Positions 1 through 12,983 of a stretch of DNA of 64,000 nucleotides are shown here, in pieces (position 1 is the stretch's first letter; every line of letters begins with the position of its first letter). The notes beneath the pieces were generated by a model. It did not search any database and was not told the origin of the DNA. It saw only the letters and a program-made list of their open reading frames with translations. Source of the stretch: Blastocystis sp. subtype 4 (lineage: Eukaryota); assembly GCF_000743755.1 (NCBI RefSeq), contig NW_014569469.1, forward strand, positions 1 to 64,000, in the 5' to 3' direction. The translations under genes and the position numbers were made by a program.

Positions 1-75
1 ACAGATTCGTATGTAGGATGTGATCAGGAACAAGAAATTGAATTTGATGTACAAGGAAGAATGGAGGAAGAGTAA
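1..75 (+). CDS. 3' end of a gene truncated by the window edge (...EIEFDVQGRMEEE*)
   Basis: Short open frame ending TAA at 73-75, followed by TGTTTGTT at 89-96. Confidence 0.45.
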   Translation, partial: TDSYVGCDQEQEIEFDVQGRMEEE

Positions 76-160
76 TGTTGTTTTCAACTGTTTGTTTGGT
101 ATATTCGTACTGCTAAGTTCTGTATCAACCTCAAAGGACTGACTATAACAAACAGATCAC

Positions 161-899
161 TTATTCCACAAGTTCTCCACAATCGGCAATCACAACCTTC
201 CTATATCTCAAAAACAACATTAACAACAAACTTGGAAGGAGTACCACTACCGGAACCGACAGCCTCAATCTGCTTCACAATATCCATTCCTTCCACCACC
301 TTGCCGAACACTACATGATGTCCATCAAGCCACTGAGTCTTCACCTACCGAATGAAGGTAATACAAGGCCCCTACAGTAGTAATGAAGAACTGAGAACCG
401 TTGGTATCCTTTCCAGCATTAGCCATCGAAAGGAGGCCAGGTCCAGTGTGCTTCAGCTTGAAGTTCTCATCGGGGAACTTCTCACCATAGATTGACTCAC
501 CTCCAGTTCCATTTCCATTCGTGAAGTCTCCTCCCTGGATCATGAAGTTGGGAATGATACGGTGGAAGATTGAACCCTTGTAATGAAGAGGCTTTCCATG
601 AGTTCCCATACCCTTCTCTCCAGTGCAGAGAGCACGGAAGTTCTCCACAGTCTTAGGAACAGTCTTTCCAAAACTACAAATGAAAGGTTCCTTCTAGAAC
701 CCACAGTCCCATAACAATACGACCGACCTTCTCTCCATCAATCTCGATATCAAAGAACACCTTGTTGGTAATCTTAGGCTCTCTCTTGAGGGTTATCAAA
801 ATGACAGAATCTTACCTTCTGACCCTTAGGCTTTGCTTCAACAGCAACGAAACAGATTGCAATAGCCAATAATGCAACTGCCAAATGAGAATACTTCAT
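161..899 (-). CDS. PPIB: Cyclophilin-type peptidyl-prolyl isomerase with signal peptide (cyclophilin B-like)
   Basis: Start [22 protein letters not shown] (signal peptide); [46 protein letters not shown]; ends CGELVE-TAA; short introns; TGTTTGTT at 154-147. Confidence 0.93.
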
Positions 900-977
900 T
901 GTTAGAGTTTATTTACAATGTGATTGAATGACGAAAATCCTGGTGATTTTGATAACCAACAAAAAACGGGTTCTAAA

Positions 978-3152
978 TCACAGATTCACAATAGATTGGT
1001 TGTTGTAGAACTCTGCTACCTGTTCAGAATTTGTACACTCTTCGGGTTTCTTGTCCTCTCGGATTCGAATGAACCGTGGGAAACGAAGAGCGACACCTTT
1101 ATTGGGATCCACTAAACCAATGGCTCCTGTATGTACAGGAGAAATTGACAAATCTGCAGCTCTCACTTCCCACACTTGGACAGGATTAAACCAGACATCA
1201 GGTTCAACATCGCTTTGAACGCTAATCATCATAATCATAATCCAAAATCACTTATAAAAAAGAGGTTTCTTCTCAGTAATGTTATCATTTGTTTGAAAGA
1301 ATTCCGAATGCTTACGCAAATCTTCGTCACTAAATCCAGTTCCCAGTTTGCAAACAGTTTGATACTCTTCTGAGTTCACATCATAACATGCAAGGAGAAA
1401 AGCTCCAAAAGTACCAGTTCTTTTTCCTTTCCCATAATAACCCCCGATTGGTACCAGATCCAAAGAATCCCCCAAATCCTTCAAATAATCCTTCTTTAAC
1501 TACATCCTAATTCACTCCTTTCATAACTCACTTTCAGCCAATTCAACGATCGTTTGGATGGCTCATATGAGGCATTCTCAACTAATGTCTTCACCATCAA
1601 TCCTTCACAGCCATGAGCCACAGATTCTGTTAAGAACGACTGCATTTGTTCTGTATCATCCAACTAGATCTTATTTGTTATCATTACTCTCACTTCCATA
1701 TTGGTGGCAAATTGCATGCGACCAGGTACTTCATGAATGTTCTCACGAAGAATCTTCCGACGCTCTAGAAGAGGTTCCTGAAGCAATGAACGTCCATTGA
1801 GATAGATGCAATCGAACATGAAAATGACAACATTGATCTTCACATCCTCTTCTTTCACATCCTGCGGTTGATCGATCAATAGAGGACTTACTTTTCGAGC
1901 TCGAGTAGAAAGTACTTGAAATGGAAGAATGCGTTCAGCTTCGCGATCCCATGCAACACACTCACTATCCAGAATACACGTCTCAACAGACGCCGGGATG
2001 CACTACAACAAACATAAGTTGATGAGAGTACTTGATGTAATGTGGCCACCAGATCAGGATACTTTGGAGTGTTATCCTCACTGTTACGACTGAATATCTT
2101 AATAGTTCCATCTGCCAGCTTATGGATCTGGGCTCGCTCACCGTCATACTTATACTCACATGTGAACTGCAGTCCTTGAAACCGATCCAAGACTTCTGAA
2201 ATGCCTTTAGTGGGCTTGGCTAGCATTGGCTGCACGGGAATACCTGGAGTGAGATGACAAACATTATGGAGGTCACTGAGAGGAGACGACAGAAGAGCAG
2301 GGATGATGGCATCGTAGGAAGGACATTCACTCACAACTTGTTTCAAGAGTTCTGTAGCTTCAATTAATTCGTCCTGAAGACGTGCAGGATTGGTATCAGC
2401 TGCAGCATCAAGAATTGGAGGAGGAAGAGTTGATGATGGAGGAGTCAGTACAACTGCGTGTGCCAATGCACAGATTACAGATTGTTCAGCAAGACCAATA
2501 CGCAATTTTCCTTGGAGACCACGGATAATGTATTTAATCTCTTCTCCTCGAGCAGCCACCATCAAACGCTTAATTACTCCCGATTTACGATCTTGTGACT
2601 TGTTTCCTTCCATTTCGGCAAGGGATTTGAAGTCTTTGAATAAAGAACGAACAGTGAGAGGCGGGGGAGGAAAGATCAACTTCTGCGTTGATTTACAAGT
2701 CATTGCAACATCTCCCAAATCTCCACATTTCTTCAATTCAGCTTTGATATTGGCTCTACAAGTGAAATACGAATTTCACATCTACGACGACTTTCCAGTT
2801 GCATCTTGAAGGGATTTGATAATAATTCCATCCCCAATACCTAATTCCACACCTTTAAATGTTGGAGCAACTTCATTCAGGATCAAATATACACAGGCAA
2901 GAAGGTCAGCAGGTGTAGTCGCAATTACACTTCTAAAAAAGTTGCAAGTAAGTGTAATCATCTTGTTTCTGAATACTCAAAGCACTTTAAAAACTGTTTA
3001 CCTTTCTGAGATCTTCTCTACCTCTGTAAATAAATGAGCAAGTGCCTTATAAGGAACTCTACAATAGAATCGAAACTACTTAGGTCTTACGCCTCTCCTT
3101 GCTTCCAACTAGCACCCTCAAGAGGGTTGTACTTCTGAACAACTCCCGACAT
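978..3152 (-). CDS. LIG1: ATP-dependent DNA ligase I
   Basis: Active-site motif [51 protein letters not shown]; starts [30 protein letters not shown]. Confidence 0.95.
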
Positions 3153-3303
3153 AATAGGATTACAACAATTGGATTGTGATGTTGTGGTATCATGAGTTTT
3201 CTTGTTACAGGGAATCAACACATCGAAATAGACATATTGTGGATATGAAAAGCAAGATCATTTCTTTATCCAGTTGGTTGCAGTTTATTGTCGAATTGTA
3301 TAA

Positions 3304-5667
3304 ATGGGAAATGTACTTAGTGACGATGGAGTGGATAAGGAGGATATCAACGAAATCAAGATGATTACTCAAGCAACACCATATTGTTATGATGATCCTA
3401 TTTGGTGTCGTGTATTTGATCTAAAAGGATACTTACAGTATATTAACAAATCCTATCTTCATTCGATTTGTCTTCGTTGGAGCCGAGATATGAGTAGACG
3501 CATAGAGTTGGTGTCATTTTTAGTGGTGAATACTCTTGAAACGAACAACTTTGAAGTGTTTGTGCAGCATATGAGTGAAGTGGTAACTGATGTCCCACGA
3601 AGACTCCTTCGAAGTGTTTCAGTATATTTTGTGAGTAATCGTTAAGATTCTAGAATGATGAGTATTTGGATGCGGTTCAGAAGGCTACAAATGCTTTGTT
3701 TCTAACACGGTGCTTTCTCAACACGTTTATGAAAGAAGCATCAGATGAAGATTTGTTGCGTATCTTTCATGTTCCTGAAATCACAGCAACTGTAGTGACA
3801 CCGAGTAATCTTTCTCGCTGTACATGGTAAGGGTTGATCATTATACCTAGCAATCCTTATTCGAACCTATGGTGAAACCTCGTTTGTTCTGATCGAGACC
3901 ATTGTTGATGTGATAGTATCTCATTCCCCACAGCAGCAAACAAACAAAATGTATATGGAAGCCATGGGTATACTGCTGACTCTCTTTTCTCGTATGCTGC
4001 GGAAAGCAATTCCTTATTCTGTGATTGAGTCATAGGAAGATATCGAACATGCAATTTCACCGGTTTCCCCGTATTATTCTCCATACTTTCTACTAGATCT
4101 TCTCTTCATTTGCTCAGGAATGCCCATCTCAACTGATCCCACTCTTACTACTCCCAAATCTGCTAATGATACTCCTGTTTGGTCCTCTGCATTGGTAATG
4201 TCAATAATTAAGCGAATGACAGAGACATCGGTTGATGCTTTGGATAGCGATTTGTATAAGACTCAAGAGCAATCAAAATCACTCTTATTGTATCCGTTCC
4301 AATTGTTTTCTCTCTTTTCGTCACAAGTGAATGTCATTGCCATTCGTTCGCCTTCAGCCACACGTTGCCAACTCCTACTTTCTCTTCTTCTTTCAGTCAA
4401 TTGTGCAACAGAGAATCCTTTTGTACGAACCCTCTCTCGAATCATGTAGTGATTGAAAGGCTATGATTATCAAGAAATACTCGAACTACTGATATACAAG
4501 TAGAGGAGGAAGCAGAATGCACTATATCATTTGATGCTCTTTATGAATTGATTTGTAGAGATTTAGAAGAACCTGGAGTGTAGGAAATGGAAATTGGGAT
4601 GATTTCTAGATGTGTTCTGTTTTATCACATTTTGCATAAAGTACCCTCATTTTTGGAATACATCACATCTAAATCAGAATACGTATTTCTTCCACGTCTT
4701 CTACGTACATTTAGGATAATGCTCTCATCTAGAACTACTCTACAACCACTCCAAAATATCAGACCAACAATTATATCTGCTTCTTACAATCATTTTGTCT
4801 CTTTCTCAAAACTCTTCATTTATGAATTGTGTGTTTTCCCTCCAAGTGGATTCGAAGTCATATTCTTTTTATACAGAACGAACTGAAAAGGATTCATGGT
4901 CTGTTGGATGTTTATTGCTCGTTTTAATGATTCGCATTCTTAGCGCTCACATTCATCAAGTTAATGTCAATGTTGAATTTGATAGTTATGAATAGGATTT
5001 CTATTTGTTATCGAGTGTTATGGCTGTTATTTGCAATACATTGCGACAAGCTACCTCCCTTGATAAGTATACTCGAGTTGAAAGAGTTAGCAGTAGATAT
5101 TCTTCCAGGAAACTTGTAGAATTGCTTATATATCTGAGTCGTCGTTTCCAAATACTAAAGAATCAATTAGAACGTATTCCCGATGACACCATGATTAACA
5201 TGTTCCTTCCATAAATTTGGTTTATTCATAGAACATCAGAATTGTTTTCATTCTATTTAGATAGTATTGCTTCATTTCTCACATCAGATAAACCATCTCA
5301 CAATGTGTTGTTTGTATGAGCGAATACCACTTATTAGAAGTAGATTTATGAATTACTTCGTCAATACAACTCAGTTAAATGTATTGCAAAACATCCAGAA
5401 TTCAATCACATCACAACGGTAATCATGATGGTTCTGGACTATTTGAATGTGGCTCTGAAAGTAAATGACGATACAAGTGAGGAGACTCAGGAGTATCAGA
5501 ACTATGATCTTGTACTATCCAAACTATCAGATGAAGTGAAATCATGGACATTTATGTATTCCAAAGGCAAAGCGAAATATGAATTTGAAGACTGTAATTC
5601 TGCTGTGTTCTTTTTGAGTTATTCATGGGACTTACTTCAACAATATGGAATTGATCTTGATTTCTGA
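3304..5667 (+). CDS. DYM: Dymeclin family Golgi protein
   Basis: N-terminal MGN (possible myristoylation); SPSATRCQLLLSLLL..ENPF segment and C-terminal KYEFEDCNSAVFFLSYSWDLL resemble dymeclin conserved blocks. Confidence 0.7.
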
Positions 5668-5739
5668 TGTGTTTCTTATATCATTAAGAAAGAATCTTTC
5701 ATGTTGTGTCATTCAAACAAACACACGAAACCCAACCAA

Positions 5740-8700
5740 TCAAATCTTAAAAGCAAGACGAAGCTGTTCTCTCTCGAGATAGATGAAGACAGCAATTACA
5801 ACCACAGCAAGGAGAAGGAAGGAACCTCCTTCTCCCACATCCATTTCTGTATTCTCTTCTAATTCACATTTCACCACAGCTTCATTCAAAGCATTCCGTT
5901 CTACTGAAACAGTCACTTCCGAACACTTCACTTTGGAATGACGATCCGTACTCTCTACTCGTAGTGTATATTCACCACTAGTCAACGCATTGAACTCAAA
6001 TGATCCTCCTTGCGACACCTTGGACACCTTCTTACCCTTTCCACCAACTGCTGTTACTTGGAGCCCGTCAAGGATCTTGCCCTGAGAATCAATCACACCA
6101 TGCAGTGTCTAGAGATGAGAACAGACACCAAGCCATACTGAGGTGGAAGGCACATTCAGAACAATGAAGTCTGCCTCCAGTACATCGGTCTGTTGAATGT
6201 TGACACTTCGTTGTGTAGGCAACAAATGCTCCATATTCATTACTGTGATCGAGTAGGTGGTAGCAGGATGCAAGCCACGAATGCGATACGATCCCTGTGC
6301 ATCTGTGAAGGCCACTTCCTTGTGAGTACCAGCTGTAGCAACAACTCGAACCTTACTCTGAGGTTGTCCTGTGATTGTAGTGACTCGACCAAATACACTG
6401 TAAGCCACACGTGTACAGTGAACCTCTACTTCTGTTGCTGTACCTTCAGTGATTGTGATGATCTGGGTAGGCTTATCAAAAGCATACTCCTTCAGTTGAA
6501 CCTGAAGGAAATACTCACCAGGGAAGAGCTGTCCAAACACATATGTGCCATCACTTCGAGTGACCTGATTCTTGTTGAAGCCATCACTACTTAGAGACAA
6601 CAAGACTGAAGACACAGGAAGTTTTGCCTAACAATGAGAATGAAGAAAAGAGAGAACAGAATCATATACGCTAATACGAAGCGAAGATAACTTCTGATGA
6701 GAGAAGTTGAGTCCATTAGGCGATGCATGGAAAATATGACCCTCCTTCACTGCTTCAAGCGAGTAAAATGAAGGAAATTATTGGAATGACAACTAAGGAT
6801 ATGATTTCAGCATCTTGAGAGATAGGTGTGAAGGAATACTCTCCATTCTCATTACTGACAGACTCCACCATCTTCATCTTCCCATTGTCTTTAACAGTCA
6901 TACGCACTGTTACACCAGCCAGAGGAGGAATGATTTGTCCACTCACCACACGACCTTCACTCACCGTCACAGTTGGAATCATTTCTTGACAACGCGATGG
7001 GACTATGGTGAGAGTACGAGAATTTGGATGGAAAAGATAGGATGAATGAGGGGCTGAGTATCGGAGTGAATATGTGTTTGGAGGAAGAGACTAGAAATGA
7101 AGAGATAACGATGATCAAACGAGAGAATATTCATATTCTTCATCCTTCTTCGTGGCTGATATCTCATCAACCATTTCATTTCCATGGTATACAAACACGT
7201 GAACCTACTCATGATCATCTCTTCTTATTCCTACATCCACACCAACACCAGCATCCAACTCAATCAGTCCTGATACACGATAAGCAATTGGAATCACTTC
7301 CAGATGAGGATTACTAGGTGAAACAGTCAAAACTGAAGATTCCACCTCGACACATCCATGAAGTGTCACTTCATACTGAGGTTGCTTCATACACACTCGT
7401 GTCACACCTTCAGATACATTCAAAATCAGAGATGCAATAGGTGTAACAAAGGCCGCTTTCATAGGAACAGGAGACTGAATTGTCACAACATATCCTGTCT
7501 GTTTGAATACCAGATCAGTAACAGACGAAGTACGAACATCAACTGACTGTGACAGACCCTGAGATAAAGCTTCCACTCCATCAACAAACTCTCCCCAACA
7601 ACCCTCCTACACATCATTCCACACTCTCATTCCAACCGTTGTCTCCACTCGTACTTCATACTCACCAGGCAACACTCCATTAAACATGAACCGTCCATCA
7701 GTATCAGGTACAGTTGAACCCAACAACACACCATTTGCCCTCAACTGAACATTCATTGTTGTACCCGAACTCACTTGCTACCAACTCAGTCTGATCAATC
7801 TCTCCTACCAATACTTGACCTCCCACAGACTGAGCCATAGGCGATAGAACCAATTCATTCACACTCTTCTGATCTCCCAATCGAACTCCCTCAATTGTTG
7901 TGAATGAAACGCCTGCAACAGGAGTTACATTGAAATCATAAACACCAGGTGGAAGCTAGACTAATCAGCCCTTCTCTTCTCCTACAAGAAGACAAAACTC
8001 AGATGGCGTCTCTTGTGAATTGACAATCACTCCATTCTGGAGAGCATTCACTGTATAACGAGTTGGAAGGGTTGGCTACAGAATAAGTCCCTATTTCTGG
8101 AATTACATAATTCCTCAAAATAGTGGTTTCGATATGTCCACAAGCAGTGTAATGTGAGATGATGAGATCCGGAACTACAAACCCTGGTTCTACTGTAACC
8201 TGGTTGAAAGTGAACTGATAGTCAGAGTGTTTGATCTAATCATTATCCTACTCTCATGTTATCACATCAATCATATACACACGCTCCTCCATCTCACTTA
8301 GCTCGTAGTATCCAGCTTCGTTCGTACATTCACCTTCCTTTCCATTAGCATTCACACGAACACAGATGTTTGGAACTGGGTGACCATTCTCATCCACAAC
8401 ATGTCCATGAATCGTGAATGAGGTCACAGCAAAGGCAGCTCCCAGATCCACTGAAGTATCCTTGACTGAGACTCGAATGTGGTCAGGCTCAATATCCCAT
8501 CTGAATGGGTTTGATCCTAATGAAGGACGCTACATGACAAACGGATCAGATTAGTACAAGAACGTAGTCTCCAGTCTCAATATCACGGAACTCAAATCGA
8601 CCTGTATCCGATAGTGATCCACTCAATTCCACAGCTATCAGTAAGATTACAAAGAGAGACTCACCTTCATCTTCTCGTTTCAGAATCATTTGAATATCAT

Positions 8701-9506
8701 TGAGAGAGTGTTTTCCTGATCGATTCTCCACAACACCTGTGATTTTGAACCCAGAGACAATGAAATCCTCTTCCACTTCTACACTTCCAAATCCGATCTA
8801 TAAATCATACATGATCAATCCTGATACAGATATGGAACGTTCAACTGGTAAAGCCAATACCCAAGAAGGATGATCAGCCTTTAGAGTATACTCACCACTA
8901 AGGACATTATCAAATGTGTAGTTCCCTTCTGCGTCTGTTTCGACAGTCTTCAAACCACGTCCATCTTGAGAGAAAAGAGTCACTTGAACTCCTTTCACAG
9001 ACGATTTCGATTGTTTGTTATGAGCGTGTCCGCGAATACGGAAACCTGTGATCTCAAATTCCCTCTGTTCTTCACATCCTAGAACTGAACCTTCTTCATT
9101 CATCGATATCTAGAGATGGAAAGGATTGCAACAATGAAAATACATGGAATGAAGATGGAGACACACTCCAACCCTCCTCCTTGGACACTACTAACTCATA
9201 TTCGCCCTTGTGTCTTATTTCAATTAGAAATGAATTACAATGTCATAAAGAGGAATAAAGAAGAATCCCTGAGGACTACAAACCGTTTGTTCCTGAACAA
9301 CTCCATCTGAAGTGAGTAAAGAAACAGAAAGATTGGAGAAATTAGGTTTCTTCCCAATGACACTAGAAATGAAATGCATCCAATGTTAATCACTTGAGAA
9401 TTCCCTGAGATACCTTCACACTTCCTCCACATCCCGAAATACCATCTGACTGTGCAGTAACAGTAGCAATTAGAAGAAGGACCGAAAAAGCAGCACGATA
9501 CATCAT
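5740..9506 (-). CDS. NOMO: Nodal modulator (NOMO) family type I ER membrane protein with repeated beta-sandwich domains
   Basis: Signal peptide then DGISGCGGSVKVS; repeated TDxxGxYxFxxLxxGEY units; GQLFPGEYFLQVQLKEYAF, RVAYSVFGRVTTITGQP; C-terminal TM helix. Confidence 0.85.
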
Positions 9507-9956
9507 TCCTTGTTGCATTTCTGAGAAGAAAGAAAGAGAATAAAACCCCGAGCATTTGATTGTACTGTTTTGTTTGCTATTCAGAAGAAACAGGTCATCG
9601 AATATAAGGTGTCTTGCTAACATTATGTGTTGATTCGTCAGCCGAGCATAAAACAACCATGTCTTTCCTTAAACATCCTTGACGATACTACAAACAACAA
9701 AAAGTAATTACTCCAAAGAATCATACCAAAAACACTTGTCAACCTCTGCTGTCTGTAGTTGATTTCTCTGCATTAATACATGCCAAATCTATATTTTCTA
9801 TTATGATATCTGTCAGATATAATGATATCAACTAAGATGATACTATTCTTCCAGGATACGAGTACACAATAGATTACAAAAAATGAACTCAGAACCAAGT
9901 ACTATTCATCCCCTTGATCAAGTTCAGTCATTGACTCATTGTAACAGTCGATCTTA

Positions 9957-10919
9957 TTGAATTTGTCATTAATAACATGCATACTATCCAGATATGAAAG
10001 TCGAGTTCACTCATTTTTTCTTTTTGAGAGAGTGAACTTTCAAGTTCAGCATGAATCATCTTCTGTGTATCTCTTTGTTTTCTCTCATTCGAGTTGTTTA
10101 TTGGATTCACATAGAATCCATTTTCGAGCTAATGCCTGGATTGACAGCATCGTGTATATTTCTTCTAAACTCTTTATTATAGCCTTTCTAATATATTTCG
10201 ATAAGCGATATTGGAATCTGCTTGTCTTGATTTCCATTCCATTTGATTACTGTCTTGCTGATTACTATTCTCACTTTTTTAGTTCAAGGGAAACCTATTT
10301 TCTTCTTCATTCTGTCTCCCCTTTGACTGCCATCAATTGTGTAACCTTACCCTCTTACTATGTTCAGTGTATTATTCTCATGATACTTGACCAAACCAAC
10401 TCTTGGATTCGTATTCTACTTCATGGTTTACTCATCTGTATCAACAGAACCTTCATTATTTTATTTGGAACACATCCATTATTGATCGTTGTTCTATTTC
10501 TTGTATTATTGGATGAGGGTTTGAAACCACCATCCACTCACTATGGACCATTATCGTATGTGTATGCAAATGCCTATTCAGAGTTTCTACCTTCCCTACA
10601 GTCCATTGTCCAAGGAATCACACTAATTCCACTCATTGTGCGAATCTATTCTCATCCACATAATCGGTTTTCAGACTCATCTCGTTATCTTCCAGTACTA
10701 GCCTATGGAGATGGCCCCCATTCTCTTGCTTACTCTCTCTTATTCTTGCTGATGTCGAATCCCTCAAAAGTGTATCTTATTCTTTGTCTTCACTGCTTCA
10801 CCATTTCTCTGTACTACGACTTATGTGTTGAAGGATCTGACATATTTGCTGTTCTCTTCTATACAGAATCGATTGCTTGTGGTTTCTATCTTCATGAATA
10901 TATAAGTGTGTTACCCTAG
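9957..10919 (+). CDS. Hypothetical, possibly multi-pass membrane protein (start and exon structure uncertain)
   Basis: 960-nt stop-free frame rich in hydrophobic stretches, with several + strand GT..AG ~30-nt intron-like segments; no recognisable motif. Confidence 0.35.
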   Translation: MNLSLITCILSRYESRVHSFFLFERVNFQVQHESSSVYLFVFSHSSCLLDSHRIHFRANAWIDSIVYISSKLFIIAFLIYFDKRYWNLLVLISIPFDYCLADYYSHFFSSRETYFLLHSVSPLTAINCVTLPSYYVQCIILMILDQTNSWIRILLHGLLICINRTFIILFGTHPLLIVVLFLVLLDEGLKPPSTHYGPLSYVYANAYSEFLPSLQSIVQGITLIPLIVRIYSHPHNRFSDSSRYLPVLAYGDGPHSLAYSLLFLLMSNPSKVYLILCLHCFTISLYYDLCVEGSDIFAVLFYTESIACGFYLHEYISVLP

Positions 10920-10957
10920 TTCCATTTTTTGTTTTCAAACAGATACACATACATATC

Positions 10958-11918
10958 TCACTTCTTATGTCTTCGTTCTTCCATTAACCGATCTTCTCTT
11001 TCTCGCAACTCCTTCTCTCGTTTCCTTTCTGCAAGTCGCTTTTCAACATTCTCAGCTTCAAGCATCTCCTCGTCCTTCTTCTTCAACTGCTCTTGCATCG
11101 AATACCATGGATGGGCATTTCGAGGTGTTCGCAGGCCATACTATGGAATATCCATCTCAAAATACATACACCTAACAGAGATGGCCACATTCCTCGTTCC
11201 TTCTTTACGAGGTTTACCACGATTCGGCTTACTGCAGCCTTTGACCAGGTACATTTCTATGGATCAGACTACTCTCTCAGTAACACTTCAGGATTGAGTT
11301 TATCTGCCAATTGAAGGTTCATCTTAAATGACTTCCCTGTGGAAGAACTATTCATAACACCTCTTTCGTATGGTAACCAGTTAGCTTCGAGAATTACTGT
11401 TGTCTCGGTAAAGTTCAAGTGAATATCATCACAACCCAGAGTTGCAGGAGCATCCCATTTGTGAGCTAGTTTGATATTTAAGGCAATCTAGATGAATACT
11501 GACTGATCAATCCTACTTCTTCCAATCCTTCAGCCCATTGGTATGCAGGTGAGATAACAGCAAACTTTTGCGAATTGGCATTGTAGAAACTCTGAAGCTT
11601 GCGAATTTGGATACTAGGTGACAATTTAACTCCAAGCATACTTCTTTTCTCTTACAGCATCATCAAATTGCTTTGTAATATCAATATTTTGTCTCACAGC
11701 ACGCTCAATTACTAAAGACGCCAATTTCCACCACGATCGTTGAATTGTCTATCCAGTTACTTTGAAACAATACTCTAATATACAAGAGTGATAAGAGATT
11801 GGTCGAAAACGTTTGATTCTTGGAACAACTGAATAGCATTATCCTCTGTTGTACATTCATCAAACTGAGAACAGATAGCTGATACAAATATAAGTAAAAT
11901 ACAAATCAAGTAACACAT
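10958..11918 (-). CDS. Signal-peptide-bearing CS (p23/HSP20-like) domain protein with C-terminal charged coiled coil
   Basis: Not in the ORF track. Hand splice gives MCYLICILLIFVSAICSQ... ISPAYQWAEG..IALNIKLAHKWDAPATLGC ... RIVVNLVKKERGMWPSLL ... EKRLAERKREKELRERE..RRHKK-TGA. Confidence 0.7.
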
Positions 11919-12114
11919 GAAAAGGAAATGATCTTCGATTCTTGATATTAACTTTCCATGTTGCTGAGCTGACTCTACTTAGGCAACAGAATAAGCAAAA
12001 GTCGGAATATGCTTCAAGTCAAATGAGAAGATTCTCTTGTTTTTTTGACACAGATACCATTTTACTATCATTTCCACTATTTGCAGTTGATTTAGTACCT
12101 CCTGAACATTCGAT

Positions 12115-12947
12115 ATGAAGTTTGGAAAGGTGATTAGGAAGGCTATTGCTGCATGTCCGTAGGAGACGGAGTTTGGAGATTTTAACGTATAGACCAGAAT
12201 GGGGAGATAGCTGGATGGACTACAAGAACTTCAAATTGATTATTGCTGAGATTGAACAAGAGAAGAAAGAGAAGATGGAACAACTTCAGAAAGAAGACGA
12301 AAATGCTACAATTGATATAAGTGGGAATGATGAGATAGGAGTTTATTGATAGCTTCTTTAGAGAAGGAAAAGCAGTTCTTCAAGCAACTAACTGATAGTG
12401 TATTGCGTGTGGATACTTTTTTCCATCAAATTCAAGTTCAATACATTGTTGAAGTAAAGGCGTTGATTGACGAGGTAAAAAAGATCGATGACGTTTGTAT
12501 ACTTGCATTTCATTTACCGTAGTGTCCAAAGGAACAATTGGAGTCGACAATTGAGGCTTTGTTGGAGAAATGTCGAGAACTACACGGGAAGCTGCTTCTC
12601 TTAGAAATGTTTGCTCATGTGAATTACTGTGGCTTTACGAAGATAACGAAAAAACATGATCGAATGACAGGTACATTTGTTATCTGCTTCTGATCATAGG
12701 ATATATTACACAAAAGAAATTTATGCAGAAGAAGGTCAATGTAACAAGCTTTTCTAGTTTTACCTTGTGACATTTCACTAGCTCGTTGATAGTTAGATTA
12801 CGTAACTCTGTTCGTATCGTAGAAGACCAGTATATTGTATTATCCAAATGTCTCTCCCATATAAAGACAATTCCACCTATTAAAAAGTCAAAAGAAGTAA
12901 AGGAGGTTAATGATTCCCTTGTTGAACTTGATCGAAAGGTGGAATGA
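12115..12947 (+). CDS. Stand-alone SPX-domain protein (phosphate / inositol pyrophosphate sensor family)
   Basis: MKFGKVIRK..PEWGDSWMDYKNFK; LLLLEMFAHVNYCGFTKITKKHDRMTG; TGA 12945-12947 then TGTTTGTT 12953-12960. Confidence 0.88.
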
Positions 12948-12983
12948 TAAGGTGTTTGTTAAACAATCAGAATATATTCTACA

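Noticed and set aside
10906..11314. + strand ORFs rich in Ser/Phe/Arg
   Set aside because: Antisense shadow of the Glu/Lys/Arg coiled coil of the minus-strand CS-domain gene
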